Assembly (NCBI GenBank): GCA_964597815.1
Contig: CAZQZN010000002.1
Span: 82,679 to 146,678, forward strand
From: an uncultured bacterium
Lineage (GTDB): Bacteria; Margulisbacteria; WOR-1; JAKLHX01
DNA: 64,000 nt
Direction of reading: 5' to 3'
A model generated the notes under the pieces. That model had not been told where the DNA came from, did not search any database, and worked only from the letters and a program-made list of their open reading frames with translations. Of the stretch, positions 9,437 through 19,459 are shown in pieces. Position 1 is the stretch's first letter; every line of letters starts with the position of its first letter. Both the position numbers and the translations under genes were made by a program.

Positions 9437-12400
9437 GCGCTTTTATTCTTGGAAATGAAATAATTTTCTATAATGTAATATACAACCGGGACAAAAACCA
9501 AACTTATTGATGTAGAAGCAGTCAAACCTCCTAGAACAGACACAGCCATACTTTTCCAAAATTCACTTCCTTCACCATGTCCAAATATAATTGGAAACAA
9601 AGCCAATCCAGTTGTAAAACTTGTCATAAGTATCGGTCTTTTGCCAGATTCCATTATTGCTTCTTTTAATCCAAGCCCTCTCTCTCTTAATATATTTATG
9701 AAGTCTATCAAAACTATTGAATTCTTGACAGCAATTGCCATAACTAAAATCAAGCCCACAAAAGCCATGACTCCAAATGGATAACCAGAAATTATCAATG
9801 CCCAAACAACTCCTGCAATAGCCAGAGGAATTGAAAACATAATAATAAACGGCTCCAAAAGCGATTCAAACTGTGCAACAAGAACTAAATATATCAACGC
9901 AATTCCAAGAAATAAAGCAATAAATAATGATCTAAAACTTTCAGCTATCTGTTCGGAGCTTCCAGCAATTTTTACACTAACTCCCTGTGGAGGAGGCATT
10001 TTTCTCAAAATCTTGCTAATATCTGATGTGATGTCTCCCAATGATCTGCCGTAGTAATCTGCATCAACAATAACCAAACGCTGTTGATTTTTTCTTTGAA
10101 TAACTTGCGGTGCGTTTTCAAGAGAAATAGAAGCAATATTTCCAAGAGATACATTTGATCCAAGTCTGTTTGTAACATAAACATTTTTTATGTCATCTAA
10201 TCTGCTTCTGTTTTTCTCGTTAAGTCGCACAAAAATATCATACTCATCTCCTTTTTCTCTTAACTTAGTGGGAGTAGAACCATAAATAAAACTGCGCGCA
10301 GATAAAGCAATATCGTACATTGACAAACCAAGAGCAGAAGATTTATCTCTGTCAACTTTTAGCCTGTATTCTGGATTTGTTTTTTCTCTTGAAATTAATG
10401 GATCTAACACTCCGGGTATTTTTTCTATTTTTGACTTTAAGAGCAGAGCGTATTCGTCCATCTTGTCAAAATCCGAACCATAGATTTCCAATGTTATCGG
10501 CCTTCCACCGCCCATTATAGAATTAACTCCCATTGAACTTAAATCGATCGATTTTAATCCTGGAATTTTATAAGCCAAATCAGAAATTTGTTTTTGTATT
10601 TCTTTAATGCCTCTATTCCTCTTGCTAAGAGGAACCAACCTAACATATATTCTCCCGTAATTAGGGCCTGATTTTGTTGACAAGCCCATGCTTGTTCCAG
10701 TCCCTGCTGAAACCAAAACGAATTCTACCTCCGGAATTTGTTTTTTTATCATTTCTTGCAATTGTTCAACAACAGCTTTTGTCTCTTCAAGACGTGTTCC
10801 AGCAGGAAGAGATATGTTGCCCGATAAAATTCCATTATCAAATTCAGGGAAAAATTCTGTGCCTGTAAACATAAATAACGGCATGCTGAAAATAAATAAA
10901 ACAGCTGAGAATAAAATAACTTTAGCCCAATTATCAACGGCCCAGCCAAGCAGATTTTTATATTTTTCTTCAACAAACAAAAACCACTTTTCACTAACAT
11001 CATATAATCTTTGAAATACAGAATCCTTATTTTTCTTAATCTTGCCATCATCCAACAAAATTGACGACAACATAGGAATAAAGAATACAGAGGTAAAAAA
11101 TGACATTGTTATTATGACTATTGTTATAAGTGAGAGCTGATTAAAAAATACTCCGACAAATCCTTGAACTAGCAACAACGGAATAAAAATGACAACATTT
11201 GTTGTTGAAGTACCCAAAACCGCTCCAAAAACCTCTCCCGCACCATAAATTGCAGCTTCTTGTGGCGGTTCTCCTTTTGCTTGCATATGCCTGTGAATGT
11301 TTTCCAGCAAAACAATAGCATCATCAACCACAATACCAACGGATATTATTATTGACGCCAAAGATACAATGTTTATTGTAGAACCAGTTAAAAACATATA
11401 TTGAAATACAGAAATAACCGGCAAAGGTATGGCCATAGAAATTATGAATGAGCTTTTGAAATCCCTTAAAAAGAACAACACACAGAGTACTATAAAAATT
11501 ATCGCCCAATAAAGAGTTTTGGTAAGCTCGTTTATGCTTCTTACTATAGAATCCGAAATATCCTGAACATAATTTATTGTGATATCAGGTGGCAAATCTT
11601 TTTTTAACAAATTTAATTGCTTTTTTGCTTCTCTTGCCACTTGGACAGTATTTGCATTTGATTGTTTCTGAATAAGCAACATTATTCCGGGCTTGTTGTC
11701 AACAAGAATAAAATTTTCAGGATCTTTGTAAGAATCGCTTACATTTGCTACATCTTTCAAATAAACAGCGGCTCCGTTATAATAGCCAACAATTAAATTT
11801 GATATTTCATCTATAGAGTTAAACTCTCCAGGAACTCTAATGCCGTATTCAAGCCCGCCTGATTTTAGTGTTCCTGATGGAAGAGAGATATTTGCGCCTT
11901 GCAGAGCCAAATTTATCTGATTCATCGAAAGTTTATAAGCTTCCAATTCATATCTGTCAACATCAACATTTATCTGCCTTTGCAATCCACCGGAAATTAT
12001 TATGCTTCCCACTCCTTGAATTTTTTTTAACGCCGTTGAAATAGTTTTATCTGCTATCTGGTATAGATCTCCATAGGATTGATCCGCTGATAAACCAATA
12101 ACCAAAACAGGTATTTGCGAAGTATCAAATTTGTAAATGATAGGAGCATTTGCGTCTTTTGGCAGTTTTGCCTTTATCAAATCTAATTTGTCTCTAACAT
12201 CCGCAGCAGCGGCATCTATATTTGTGCCCCATTTAAATGAAATAGTTACTGTTGATAGATTTTCTATGCTGTCAGAAGTTATTTTGTCTATGTTTGGAAC
12301 AGTTGCAACTGCATCTTCTATAACTTTTGAAACTGTTATTTCTATATCATCAGGACTGGCTCCCGGATAAGAAGTAATAATGGTTATTGTTGGAACCGAA

Positions 12401-12513
12401 ATGTTAGGAAGCAAATCTATCGGCAAATTAAAAAGAGAATATATCCCAAGCAAAAGCAGGATAATAAATACGGAAATTGTAAATAATGGTTTTTTTACAA
12501 AGAATTTAATCAC
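9412..12513 (-). CDS. RND efflux transporter permease (AcrB/CzcA family)
   Basis: 1033 aa. Twelve TM segments with two large periplasmic loops. Conserved RND motifs (GIVVDDAIV, TTTNVVIFIPL). Confidence 0.9.
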   Translation of the reverse strand: MIKFFVKKPLFTISVFIILLLLGIYSLFNLPIDLLPNISVPTITIITSYPGASPDDIEITVSKVIEDAVATVPNIDKITSDSIENLSTVTISFKWGTNIDAAAADVRDKLDLIKAKLPKDANAPIIYKFDTSQIPVLVIGLSADQSYGDLYQIADKTISTALKKIQGVGSIIISGGLQRQINVDVDRYELEAYKLSMNQINLALQGANISLPSGTLKSGGLEYGIRVPGEFNSIDEISNLIVGYYNGAAVYLKDVANVSDSYKDPENFILVDNKPGIMLLIQKQSNANTVQVAREAKKQLNLLKKDLPPDITINYVQDISDSIVRSINELTKTLYWAIIFIVLCVLFFLRDFKSSFIISMAIPLPVISVFQYMFLTGSTINIVSLASIIISVGIVVDDAIVLLENIHRHMQAKGEPPQEAAIYGAGEVFGAVLGTSTTNVVIFIPLLLVQGFVGVFFNQLSLITIVIITMSFFTSVFFIPMLSSILLDDGKIKKNKDSVFQRLYDVSEKWFLFVEEKYKNLLGWAVDNWAKVILFSAVLFIFSMPLFMFTGTEFFPEFDNGILSGNISLPAGTRLEETKAVVEQLQEMIKKQIPEVEFVLVSAGTGTSMGLSTKSGPNYGRIYVRLVPLSKRNRGIKEIQKQISDLAYKIPGLKSIDLSSMGVNSIMGGGRPITLEIYGSDFDKMDEYALLLKSKIEKIPGVLDPLISREKTNPEYRLKVDRDKSSALGLSMYDIALSARSFIYGSTPTKLREKGDEYDIFVRLNEKNRSRLDDIKNVYVTNRLGSNVSLGNIASISLENAPQVIQRKNQQRLVIVDADYYGRSLGDITSDISKILRKMPPPQGVSVKIAGSSEQIAESFRSLFIALFLGIALIYLVLVAQFESLLEPFIIMFSIPLAIAGVVWALIISGYPFGVMAFVGLILVMAIAVKNSIVLIDFINILRERGLGLKEAIMESGKRPILMTSFTTGLALFPIIFGHGEGSEFWKSMAVSVLGGLTASTSISLVFVPVVYYIIENYFISKNKSACQEVSKK

Positions 12514-13418
12514 TTTTCCATCTCCTCCACTTTTGCTCCATCGCTTACCACTCTTTGCCCAATAACTATTACTTTGTGATCCTTTGTCAGCCCTTTTGTG
12601 ATTTGAACATCATTTCCTTCCTGAATACCAATCGAAACTGGAATTTTTTTTGCTATGCCATTTTCAACAACAAATACATATTTTTCTTGGTCTCCAAGTA
12701 TGCTGTCAAAGGGGATTAACAAAGCGTTTTTTGCCTGCCTTAACGATATTTGCGCTTTTGCAAACATCCCGGGTCTTAATTTGTTTTGATAGTTTGGCAA
12801 AACAATTTCAATTTGTGTGGTTCTGGTTGCAGGATCAATTACCGGTCTTATGTTGCTTATCCTACCAATAAATGTTTCATCCGGAAACGCGTCAAATACA
12901 AGCTTGACAGGCATTCCAATCTTTATATATGAATAATACTTTTCTGGTACAGCACTGTAAATTTTTAACTGGCTAATATCATATATCATAAAGACAGGAT
13001 TTACCAAACCACCTACTTGCGAAACAACTTGTTCTCCTTCTTTTACAAGCTTCATTCCAATAATTCCAGAAATTGGAGCAGTTACAACCATATCACTGTA
13101 GAGATCATCGTCATTTTTTATGCCTTGAACATATGACAACAAAGGATCTCCCTTTTCCACATATTGGCCTTCTTCGACATAAATCTCCTGAACTCTGCCT
13201 GCAATTCTTGGCCTTACTGCAACTTCTGTTTTTGCTTTTACATCAGCAAGCAATGTTACAGTTTCTTCAATGTTTCCAATAGCTGGATTCTTAACAACAA
13301 CAGGAATGATTTTTTCCGATACAAGCTCCTTTGTTTTAAAAACTCTGGAAGCAATTCTAAATGAAAGTATAAAAGCCAAAAACGCAATAATTATTATCAA
13401 TATCCTTCTTCCGTTCAT
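12510..13418 (-). CDS. RND efflux periplasmic adaptor (membrane fusion protein, HlyD family)
   Basis: 302 aa. N-terminal TM anchor, a lipoyl/beta-barrel-like segment, and stop-start coupling with the RND pump. Confidence 0.8.
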   Translation of the reverse strand: MNGRRILIIIIAFLAFILSFRIASRVFKTKELVSEKIIPVVVKNPAIGNIEETVTLLADVKAKTEVAVRPRIAGRVQEIYVEEGQYVEKGDPLLSYVQGIKNDDDLYSDMVVTAPISGIIGMKLVKEGEQVVSQVGGLVNPVFMIYDISQLKIYSAVPEKYYSYIKIGMPVKLVFDAFPDETFIGRISNIRPVIDPATRTTQIEIVLPNYQNKLRPGMFAKAQISLRQAKNALLIPFDSILGDQEKYVFVVENGIAKKIPVSIGIQEGNDVQITKGLTKDHKVIVIGQRVVSDGAKVEEMEK

Positions 13419-13867
13419 TATTTTTTCTCCTCTTCTTTATTTATTTCGTTTACTAATTTCTGCATTATTGAGATTAGATTTTCAACGTCTTTTTTAGAAA
13501 TTTTCGAAAATAATTTTTTTACGCATTTATTTGTTTCTTCTGATATTCTTTCACACACATTTTTACCCTTAGGTGTTAATGTTATTCTCATAACCCTTCT
13601 ATCTATTTGATCATTTATCCTTTTGACATAGCCGAGCAAAAAAAGTCTGTCAACCAAACCGCTTACATTGCTGAGAGTAACTCTGAGTTCTTTCGCAAGA
13701 TCCTTCATTTTTGGAGATTTCAGGTCTTTTATCTGCCTCAACAAAACTATCTGCGGGAATGAAATAAGTGGCTCATCTTTTTTTAAAAGATGCCCTCTGT
13801 GCAAATATCTTGATATCGAAAACAATAAACTTTCAAATTTTAGTGTTTTATCTTGCATTTGCTTCAC
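13418..13867 (-). CDS. MarR-family transcriptional regulator
   Basis: 149 aa. Winged-helix signature (LKSPKMKDLAKELRVTLSNVSGLVDRLFLLGYVKR...DRRVMRITLTPKG). First gene of the efflux operon. Confidence 0.8.
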   Translation of the reverse strand: MKQMQDKTLKFESLLFSISRYLHRGHLLKKDEPLISFPQIVLLRQIKDLKSPKMKDLAKELRVTLSNVSGLVDRLFLLGYVKRINDQIDRRVMRITLTPKGKNVCERISEETNKCVKKLFSKISKKDVENLISIMQKLVNEINKEEEKK

Positions 13868-13929
13868 CGAATAAATAATTTACTCACTTAACTATTTTAA
13901 ACAAGCATTTCGGTTTTGTCAATAAGGGC

Positions 13930-13958
13930 TTGGCTTTTTTTGCAGAAACATATATAAT
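13930..13958 (+). promoter_or_regulatory. Putative sigma70-type promoter for the pil operon
   Basis: TTGGCT (13930-13935), 17-bp spacer, TATAAT (13953-13958). RBS AGGGGAAAAG lies just upstream of the pilB ATG at 13994. Confidence 0.35.
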
Positions 13959-13993
13959 TCAATGTAAAACAGGTCCTTATTAGGGGAAAAGTT

Positions 13994-15697
13994 ATGGCTG
14001 AAAAAAAATCGCTTGAAGAAATATTGGTTGAAAAAAAACTTATTACAAAAGATCAGCTTGCACAAGCGCAGGCAGAGGCAAAAAAATTAAAAATCCCTCT
14101 TAGAAAAGCACTTTTGTCGCTTGGTATGGTTAAAGACAGCGATATGATTGCTGTTTATGAACAACAGATGAAGGTTCCATTTGTGAACCTGAACAGTTAC
14201 ATTATAGATTCAAAAATACTATCTTTAATCCCTGAGGAATATGCAAAAGAACATAATGTTATACCTCTATTCAAAGCCGGAGATATTATCACTGTGGCAA
14301 TGACGGATCCGTTTGATGTAATGGTATTAGATGAATTAAGAACCATGACAAAATGCATAATAGAACCTGTTTTAACAACAGAACACGACATAAAAAAGGC
14401 ATTTTCACAATATTACGGCAAAGATTCTTCTATTGATGATGTGATAAAGAAAATAGACGAAGAAGAAGAGATTGAGCAACAAAAAATAAGAGATGAGGAA
14501 GAAGAACTTTCTCCGGAAAAAATGAGACAGGCAGCTGAACAAGCTCCTATTATCAAACTGGTTAATTTAATAATTTCTGAAGGGATAAAAGAAGGCGCTT
14601 CTGATATACATATCAACCCGGAAGAAAAAATGGTAAGAATAAGATATAGAATTGATGGCGTTTTAAGAGAGGCCTCTACACTTCCAAAAAATCTTCAGGC
14701 AGCGGTTATTTCCAGAATAAAGATTATGTCTGATATGAATATTGCTATTAAAAGAAGCCCTCAGGATGGCCGTTTCAGAATAAAAATTGAAGGAAGCCAA
14801 ATAGATATGAGGGTATCGTCTTTTCCTTCAATACACGGCGAGAACATCGTTATGAGAATTTTGGATCCTTCAAGCATAATGATCAGTTTATCAGATATCG
14901 GATTTTATCCAGAGGATTTGGAAAAAATAAACGATCTGATTAGAAAACCACATGGAATTATTCTTGTTACAGGCCCAACCGGATCAGGGAAAACGACAAC
15001 TCTTTATGCTTCTTTAAGAACTATTAACTCTATTGATAAAAACATAATAACTCTTGAAGATCCGGTTGAATACCAGCTTGAAATTATCAGACAAGCACAA
15101 ATAAATCCAAAGGCTGGATTGACTTTTGCCAGCGGGCTCAGATCAATTTTGAGGCAGGATCCAGATGTTGTTATGGTTGGGGAAATAAGAGACAGAGAAA
15201 CAGCCGAAATAGCGATTCAAGCCGCGATGACAGGGCACCTTGTTTTCTCAACTCTGCATACAAACGACGCTCCCGGAGCTTTGACAAGATTAACTGATAT
15301 GGGAATAGAACCATTTTTGATATCTTCTTCTGTAATTGGAATACTCGCGCAAAGATTAGTTAGAAAAATTTGCCCTTCCTGCAAAGAGTCATATAAGCCA
15401 AGTGAAAAAGTTTTAAGAGATTTAGGCATTGAAGATATCAGCGGAAAAACAGTTTTTTATAAAGGAAAGGGTTGCAAAAATTGTAAAAATTCCGGTTATA
15501 AAGGGAGAGTCGGGATTTTTGAGCTTTTAATTACCAATGAAAAAATCAGAGAACTCGTGCTTGAAAAAGCTTCCGCCGATGTTATAAGAAAAGCTGCTCA
15601 GGAAGCAGGCATGAAAACTCTAAGACAGGACGGACTTAGAAAAGCTCTTGATGGAACTACATCTATAGAAGAAGTGATGCGCGTAACAATGGAATAA
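13994..15697 (+). CDS. pilB: Type IV pilus assembly ATPase PilB (GspE family)
   Basis: 567 aa. N-terminal T2SE_Nter-like domain. Walker A VTGPTGSGKTTTLYA. C-terminal tetracysteine motif CPSC...CKNCKNSG. Confidence 0.9.
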   Translation: MAEKKSLEEILVEKKLITKDQLAQAQAEAKKLKIPLRKALLSLGMVKDSDMIAVYEQQMKVPFVNLNSYIIDSKILSLIPEEYAKEHNVIPLFKAGDIITVAMTDPFDVMVLDELRTMTKCIIEPVLTTEHDIKKAFSQYYGKDSSIDDVIKKIDEEEEIEQQKIRDEEEELSPEKMRQAAEQAPIIKLVNLIISEGIKEGASDIHINPEEKMVRIRYRIDGVLREASTLPKNLQAAVISRIKIMSDMNIAIKRSPQDGRFRIKIEGSQIDMRVSSFPSIHGENIVMRILDPSSIMISLSDIGFYPEDLEKINDLIRKPHGIILVTGPTGSGKTTTLYASLRTINSIDKNIITLEDPVEYQLEIIRQAQINPKAGLTFASGLRSILRQDPDVVMVGEIRDRETAEIAIQAAMTGHLVFSTLHTNDAPGALTRLTDMGIEPFLISSSVIGILAQRLVRKICPSCKESYKPSEKVLRDLGIEDISGKTVFYKGKGCKNCKNSGYKGRVGIFELLITNEKIRELVLEKASADVIRKAAQEAGMKTLRQDGLRKALDGTTSIEEVMRVTME

Positions 15698-15698
15698 A

Positions 15699-16922
15699 AT
15701 GGCAAAGTTTAATTATAAAGGTTTCGATAAACAAGGCAAATCATTATCAGGGACAATTGAAGCGGCAAACCAAGAAGCCGCAAACGATATCCTCAGAAAC
15801 AACGGATACACAATTACCTTCCTAGAAGAAAGAACCGGAGATATAGAGATTAAATTCCTTGAAGATTTTCTAAAAAGTTTTAGTAAAGTAAAAACAAACG
15901 ATCTTGTTATGGCAATAATTCAACTTGCCAATATGCTTGACGCCGGAATACCGCTACCCACAGCCATTAGCACTTTGATTGAACAAACCGAAAACAAAAA
16001 ATTAAAAACTGCGCTAATAGATATCAACGAAGAAATAAAAGCTGGCAAAACATTTTCAGAATCATTGGCAAAACACAAGGAAATATTTTCAAATCTCTTT
16101 ATCAATATGGTTGCGGCTGGCGAAACATCCGGTAATTTGAATGATGTGCTAAAAAGATTATCCCAATTTACAGAACATGAACAGGAATTAAAACAAAAAA
16201 TTTCTTCCGCTATGACTTATCCAGTAATTCTTTTGATCGCTGGAGTTTTGGTCTTATCCTTTTTGATAACAAGCTTTGTTCCAAATTTTGTGAAAGTTTT
16301 TATGGATATCAATCTGCCACTCCCTCTCCCAACACTTTTGCTTTACAACTTGAACCTGCTTATCCGCGCATCTTGGTTATATATCGTTGGTGGTTTAACT
16401 GCTACAATAATTTTTGTTAAAAGATGGGCAAAAACTCCGCAAGGAAAAACAAAACTTGACGAATTAAAAACAAAAATACCCGTCTGGGGAGATCTTTCGG
16501 TTAAAGTTGAGATAGCACGTCTTACACGAACGCTTGCTGCTCTTTTATCAAGCGGTGTGCCTATGATACAGGCACTACAAGTTACAGAAAAAACTATTGA
16601 TCTTGCACCGGTTGCAAATGCAATAAAAAATGTTACAGTCGCGGTAAGCAAAGGCAGAACTATCAGCGAATCCTTGAAAGAAAGCAAAATTTTCCCTCCA
16701 ATGCCAATACATATGATAGCAATTGGAGAAGAAACAGGGACTTTGGAGATAATGCTAAACAAAATTGCAGATTTTTACGACTTGGCAACAGATTACGCAA
16801 TAAAAAAATTAACAGCTCTTTTAGAACCAATGTTTTTGGTTATAATCGGCGGAATGGTCGGTTTTATTTTTGCTTCAATACTACTGCCGATCTTTTCTAT
16901 GACTAAAATGTTAAATAAATAG
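15699..16922 (+). CDS. pilC: Type IV pilus inner-membrane platform protein PilC (GspF family)
   Basis: 407 aa with two T2SSF repeats (AAGETSGNL..., IGEETGTL...). Confidence 0.9.
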   Translation: MAKFNYKGFDKQGKSLSGTIEAANQEAANDILRNNGYTITFLEERTGDIEIKFLEDFLKSFSKVKTNDLVMAIIQLANMLDAGIPLPTAISTLIEQTENKKLKTALIDINEEIKAGKTFSESLAKHKEIFSNLFINMVAAGETSGNLNDVLKRLSQFTEHEQELKQKISSAMTYPVILLIAGVLVLSFLITSFVPNFVKVFMDINLPLPLPTLLLYNLNLLIRASWLYIVGGLTATIIFVKRWAKTPQGKTKLDELKTKIPVWGDLSVKVEIARLTRTLAALLSSGVPMIQALQVTEKTIDLAPVANAIKNVTVAVSKGRTISESLKESKIFPPMPIHMIAIGEETGTLEIMLNKIADFYDLATDYAIKKLTALLEPMFLVIIGGMVGFIFASILLPIFSMTKMLNK

Positions 16923-16935
16923 AAAGGAAAAAGAA

Positions 16936-17988
16936 ATGGACATAAGATCAATCTTGCAAGATGGGTTAGACAAAGGAGCATCTGACATTTTGATTGTAGC
17001 AGACAATATGCCGATAATGAGAATATCTGGCAAACTTCAATTTATCGGCAGTACCGCACTTTATTCTGAACAAGTTAAAGAAATGATCTCTTCAATCCTG
17101 ACAAAAGAGCAGATTGATACTTTTGAAAAAGAAAAAGAACTTGATTGTTCGTTTGCAATAAGCGGAGCAAGATTTAGGGTGAATGTTCATTATCAAAGAG
17201 GTTCAGTAGCAGCGGCTTTTAGGACAATTCCAAACGAAATCCCATCTATCGAAACATTGCGGCTTCCAAAAACAATTATAGATTTTGCCAAGGAGCCAAG
17301 GGGGCTTGTGCTTGTAACAGGTCCAACAGGCGCAGGAAAGAGTACAACTCAGGCGGCAATGATTGATTTTATAAACTCAACAAGAAGCGCTCATATTATC
17401 ACAGTTGAAGATCCCATAGAATTTATCCACAAAAACAAAAAGTCGGTTATTGAGCAAAGAGAAATTGGTTTTGACACAAAATCATTCCCAAATGCGCTAA
17501 GACATGTTTTAAGACAGGATCCAGACGTAATACTTATTGGAGAAATGAGAGAGCTTGAAACAATCTCCACAGCAATAACAGCGGCAGAAACCGGCCATTT
17601 GGTAATATCCACTCTTCATACAAATGACGCTGTCCAGACAATAGACAGAATTATTGACGTTTTCCCACCACATCAGCAAAACCAAATTAGAATGCAACTA
17701 TCTCTTTCATTGCAAGGCATTGTATCTCAGCAACTTTTGCCAACAGCCGACGGCATTGGACAAGTAGTAGCAGTAGAAGTATTAAAGGTTAATTCTGCTG
17801 TCAGAAACATTATAAGAAAAGGAACAACACAGGATTTATATTCAATTATGGAAATCGGGTCAAAACATGGTATGCAAACTATGGATAATGCCCTAAAGGA
17901 ACTTGTAAAAGAAGGAATTATTACAATGCAAACGGCTATTGAAAGAGCTGTTAACCCGGAAAATTTTGAAAAAATGCTTGCAAAATAA
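16936..17988 (+). CDS. pilT: Twitching-motility retraction ATPase PilT
   Basis: 350 aa. Walker A GLVLVTGPTGAGKSTT. AHIITVEDPIEF and ISTLHTNDA motifs. PilT-sized. Confidence 0.9.
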   Translation: MDIRSILQDGLDKGASDILIVADNMPIMRISGKLQFIGSTALYSEQVKEMISSILTKEQIDTFEKEKELDCSFAISGARFRVNVHYQRGSVAAAFRTIPNEIPSIETLRLPKTIIDFAKEPRGLVLVTGPTGAGKSTTQAAMIDFINSTRSAHIITVEDPIEFIHKNKKSVIEQREIGFDTKSFPNALRHVLRQDPDVILIGEMRELETISTAITAAETGHLVISTLHTNDAVQTIDRIIDVFPPHQQNQIRMQLSLSLQGIVSQQLLPTADGIGQVVAVEVLKVNSAVRNIIRKGTTQDLYSIMEIGSKHGMQTMDNALKELVKEGIITMQTAIERAVNPENFEKMLAK

Positions 17989-18052
17989 ATGGGTCTGTAT
18001 TATACTATCTTTTTAGATTACAAATGCTGAAAAGAAAGGTGGTGAAAAAAAG

Positions 18053-18478
18053 ATGAGAAAAGCATTTACACTTATAGAATTATTGATCGTCATGGCAGTT
18101 ATCGCAATCCTCATTGGTATAGCAATACCAAGCTTTAGAGGAATGCAAGAAGAAGCCAAAAAAGCAAAAGCGGGCGGTGATTTGAGACTATTAAAATTGG
18201 CAGTGGAGGCATACAACGCAAACAATGGAGTATATCCAGCTTTATTAGCATCAGTTGAAGGAAGTTCTGTTGTACAGACTCTGCCGAAAGATCCTTTTAC
18301 TGATAGCTCTAACTACCGCTACTCGCTTAGTTCAAACGGAAGATACTACATAATCTATTCAGTTGGTCCAAACAACACCACTACTGCCTCTATTAGTGAT
18401 TCAGGTGTGGTAACTGTTGGTGATTCCTCACAAATTGGAACAACAAACGGAACCCCACCAAACTCAAACTGGAAATAA
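18053..18478 (+). CDS. pilA: Type IV pilin (likely major pilin) with prepilin N-terminal methylation domain
   Basis: 141 aa. MRKA|FTLIELLIVMAVIAILIGIAIP. Strong terminator immediately downstream. Confidence 0.8.
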   Translation: MRKAFTLIELLIVMAVIAILIGIAIPSFRGMQEEAKKAKAGGDLRLLKLAVEAYNANNGVYPALLASVEGSSVVQTLPKDPFTDSSNYRYSLSSNGRYYIIYSVGPNNTTTASISDSGVVTVGDSSQIGTTNGTPPNSNWK

Positions 18479-18503
18479 GATTTTTGGTCCGGCTGAAGAA
18501 TTT

Positions 18504-18540
18504 AAGGGCCTTTTATATAAGGCCCTTTTTATTTTTTTTT
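18504..18540 (+). terminator. Rho-independent terminator after first pilin gene
   Basis: 9-bp stem AAGGGCCTT/AAGGCCCTT around a 6-nt loop, followed by TTTATTTTTTTTT. Confidence 0.7.
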
Positions 18541-18591
18541 ACAACTCTAAGTTATTTCACATTATTTGAATTATGTTATACTAAAATCGTG

Positions 18592-19032
18592 ATGAACACA
18601 AAAAAATCTTTTACAATAATTGAACTATTAGTCGTAGTTACAATAATGCTAATTCTACTTAGCATCATTAGCATAAACTCTGCAAAAATTAGAGAATATT
18701 CTTCCAGCACAAAGATAAAAAGCAATTTAAGGAGTTTAAAAGCCGCAATTGAAATATTTGCCGCAAAAAATGGTAAATATCCCGAAAGTTTGACTGAGGT
18801 TGCTTCAACCGAAAATCCAATAATAACTGAAATTCCAAACGATGATTTTTCCCAAAAAGAGCCTCTTAGTTATTCACTTTCACCAGATAAAAATTTCTTT
18901 GCAATTTGGTCAGCAGGCAAAAACAGAACAAAAGGAGCTTTAACCGGATGGGTTGGTAAAATGCCAATTCCATCAGACGACGATGATCTTGGGACAACAA
19001 ACGGCACTCCCCCAAACGAAAACTGGAATTAG
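18592..19032 (+). CDS. Second type IV pilin paralog
   Basis: 146 aa, taking the start from the internal ATG at 18592 (MNTKKS|FTIIELLVVV). The upstream extension in the ORF track is non-coding and overlaps the terminator. Confidence 0.75.
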   Translation: MNTKKSFTIIELLVVVTIMLILLSIISINSAKIREYSSSTKIKSNLRSLKAAIEIFAAKNGKYPESLTEVASTENPIITEIPNDDFSQKEPLSYSLSPDKNFFAIWSAGKNRTKGALTGWVGKMPIPSDDDDLGTTNGTPPNENWN

Positions 19033-19092
19033 TAACTCTACCAAATTTAAAATTCTTTACATCATATAATTGTTTTGATATAATTTACAAAA

Positions 19093-19455
19093 ATGAAAAG
19101 GGAAAGTTTTACACTTCTTGAGATGATATTGGTCTTGTTGTTAATAACCATAACACTTTTCCCTTTAATAGAAGCATTTTCCATAGCAGTTAAGACCAGC
19201 AAAAGCATAACCAATACTAATATCGCAATAGAACTTGCACAGCAAAAATTGGAACAGCTTCAATCGGTGCCTTACTCTTCTTTATCTTCAACACAAGAAT
19301 CTCAGGGTTCAATCTCCGGATATCCAATTTTTTCAAGAGAAGCAATTGTAATAGAAGAACAAACAAATTTGAAAAAAGTTGATGTTAATGTATATTGGCC
19401 TTTTGGCACAAAAATGGAACAATTCGGTTTAAGCACGTACTTTACAAATTATTGA
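19093..19455 (+). CDS. Minor pilin / pseudopilin (PilV/GspI-like)
   Basis: 120 aa. MKRES|FTLLEMILVLLLITITL prepilin-type N-terminus. Confidence 0.7.
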   Translation: MKRESFTLLEMILVLLLITITLFPLIEAFSIAVKTSKSITNTNIAIELAQQKLEQLQSVPYSSLSSTQESQGSISGYPIFSREAIVIEEQTNLKKVDVNVYWPFGTKMEQFGLSTYFTNY

Positions 19456-19459
19456 AAAA

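Noticed and set aside
10688-11051. Overlapping plus and minus ORFs of about 100 aa inside the RND permease gene
   Set aside because: They are nested within a gene with strong RND motifs and have hydrophobic low-complexity translations.
16343-16762. 139-aa antisense ORF inside pilC
   Set aside because: It is nested antisense to a gene with unambiguous GspF-family motifs.
18484-18591. N-terminal 36-aa extension of the second pilin as given in the ORF track
   Set aside because: The extension overlaps the rho-independent terminator and lacks an RBS. The internal ATG at 18592 gives a canonical short prepilin leader (MNTKKS|FTIIEL).
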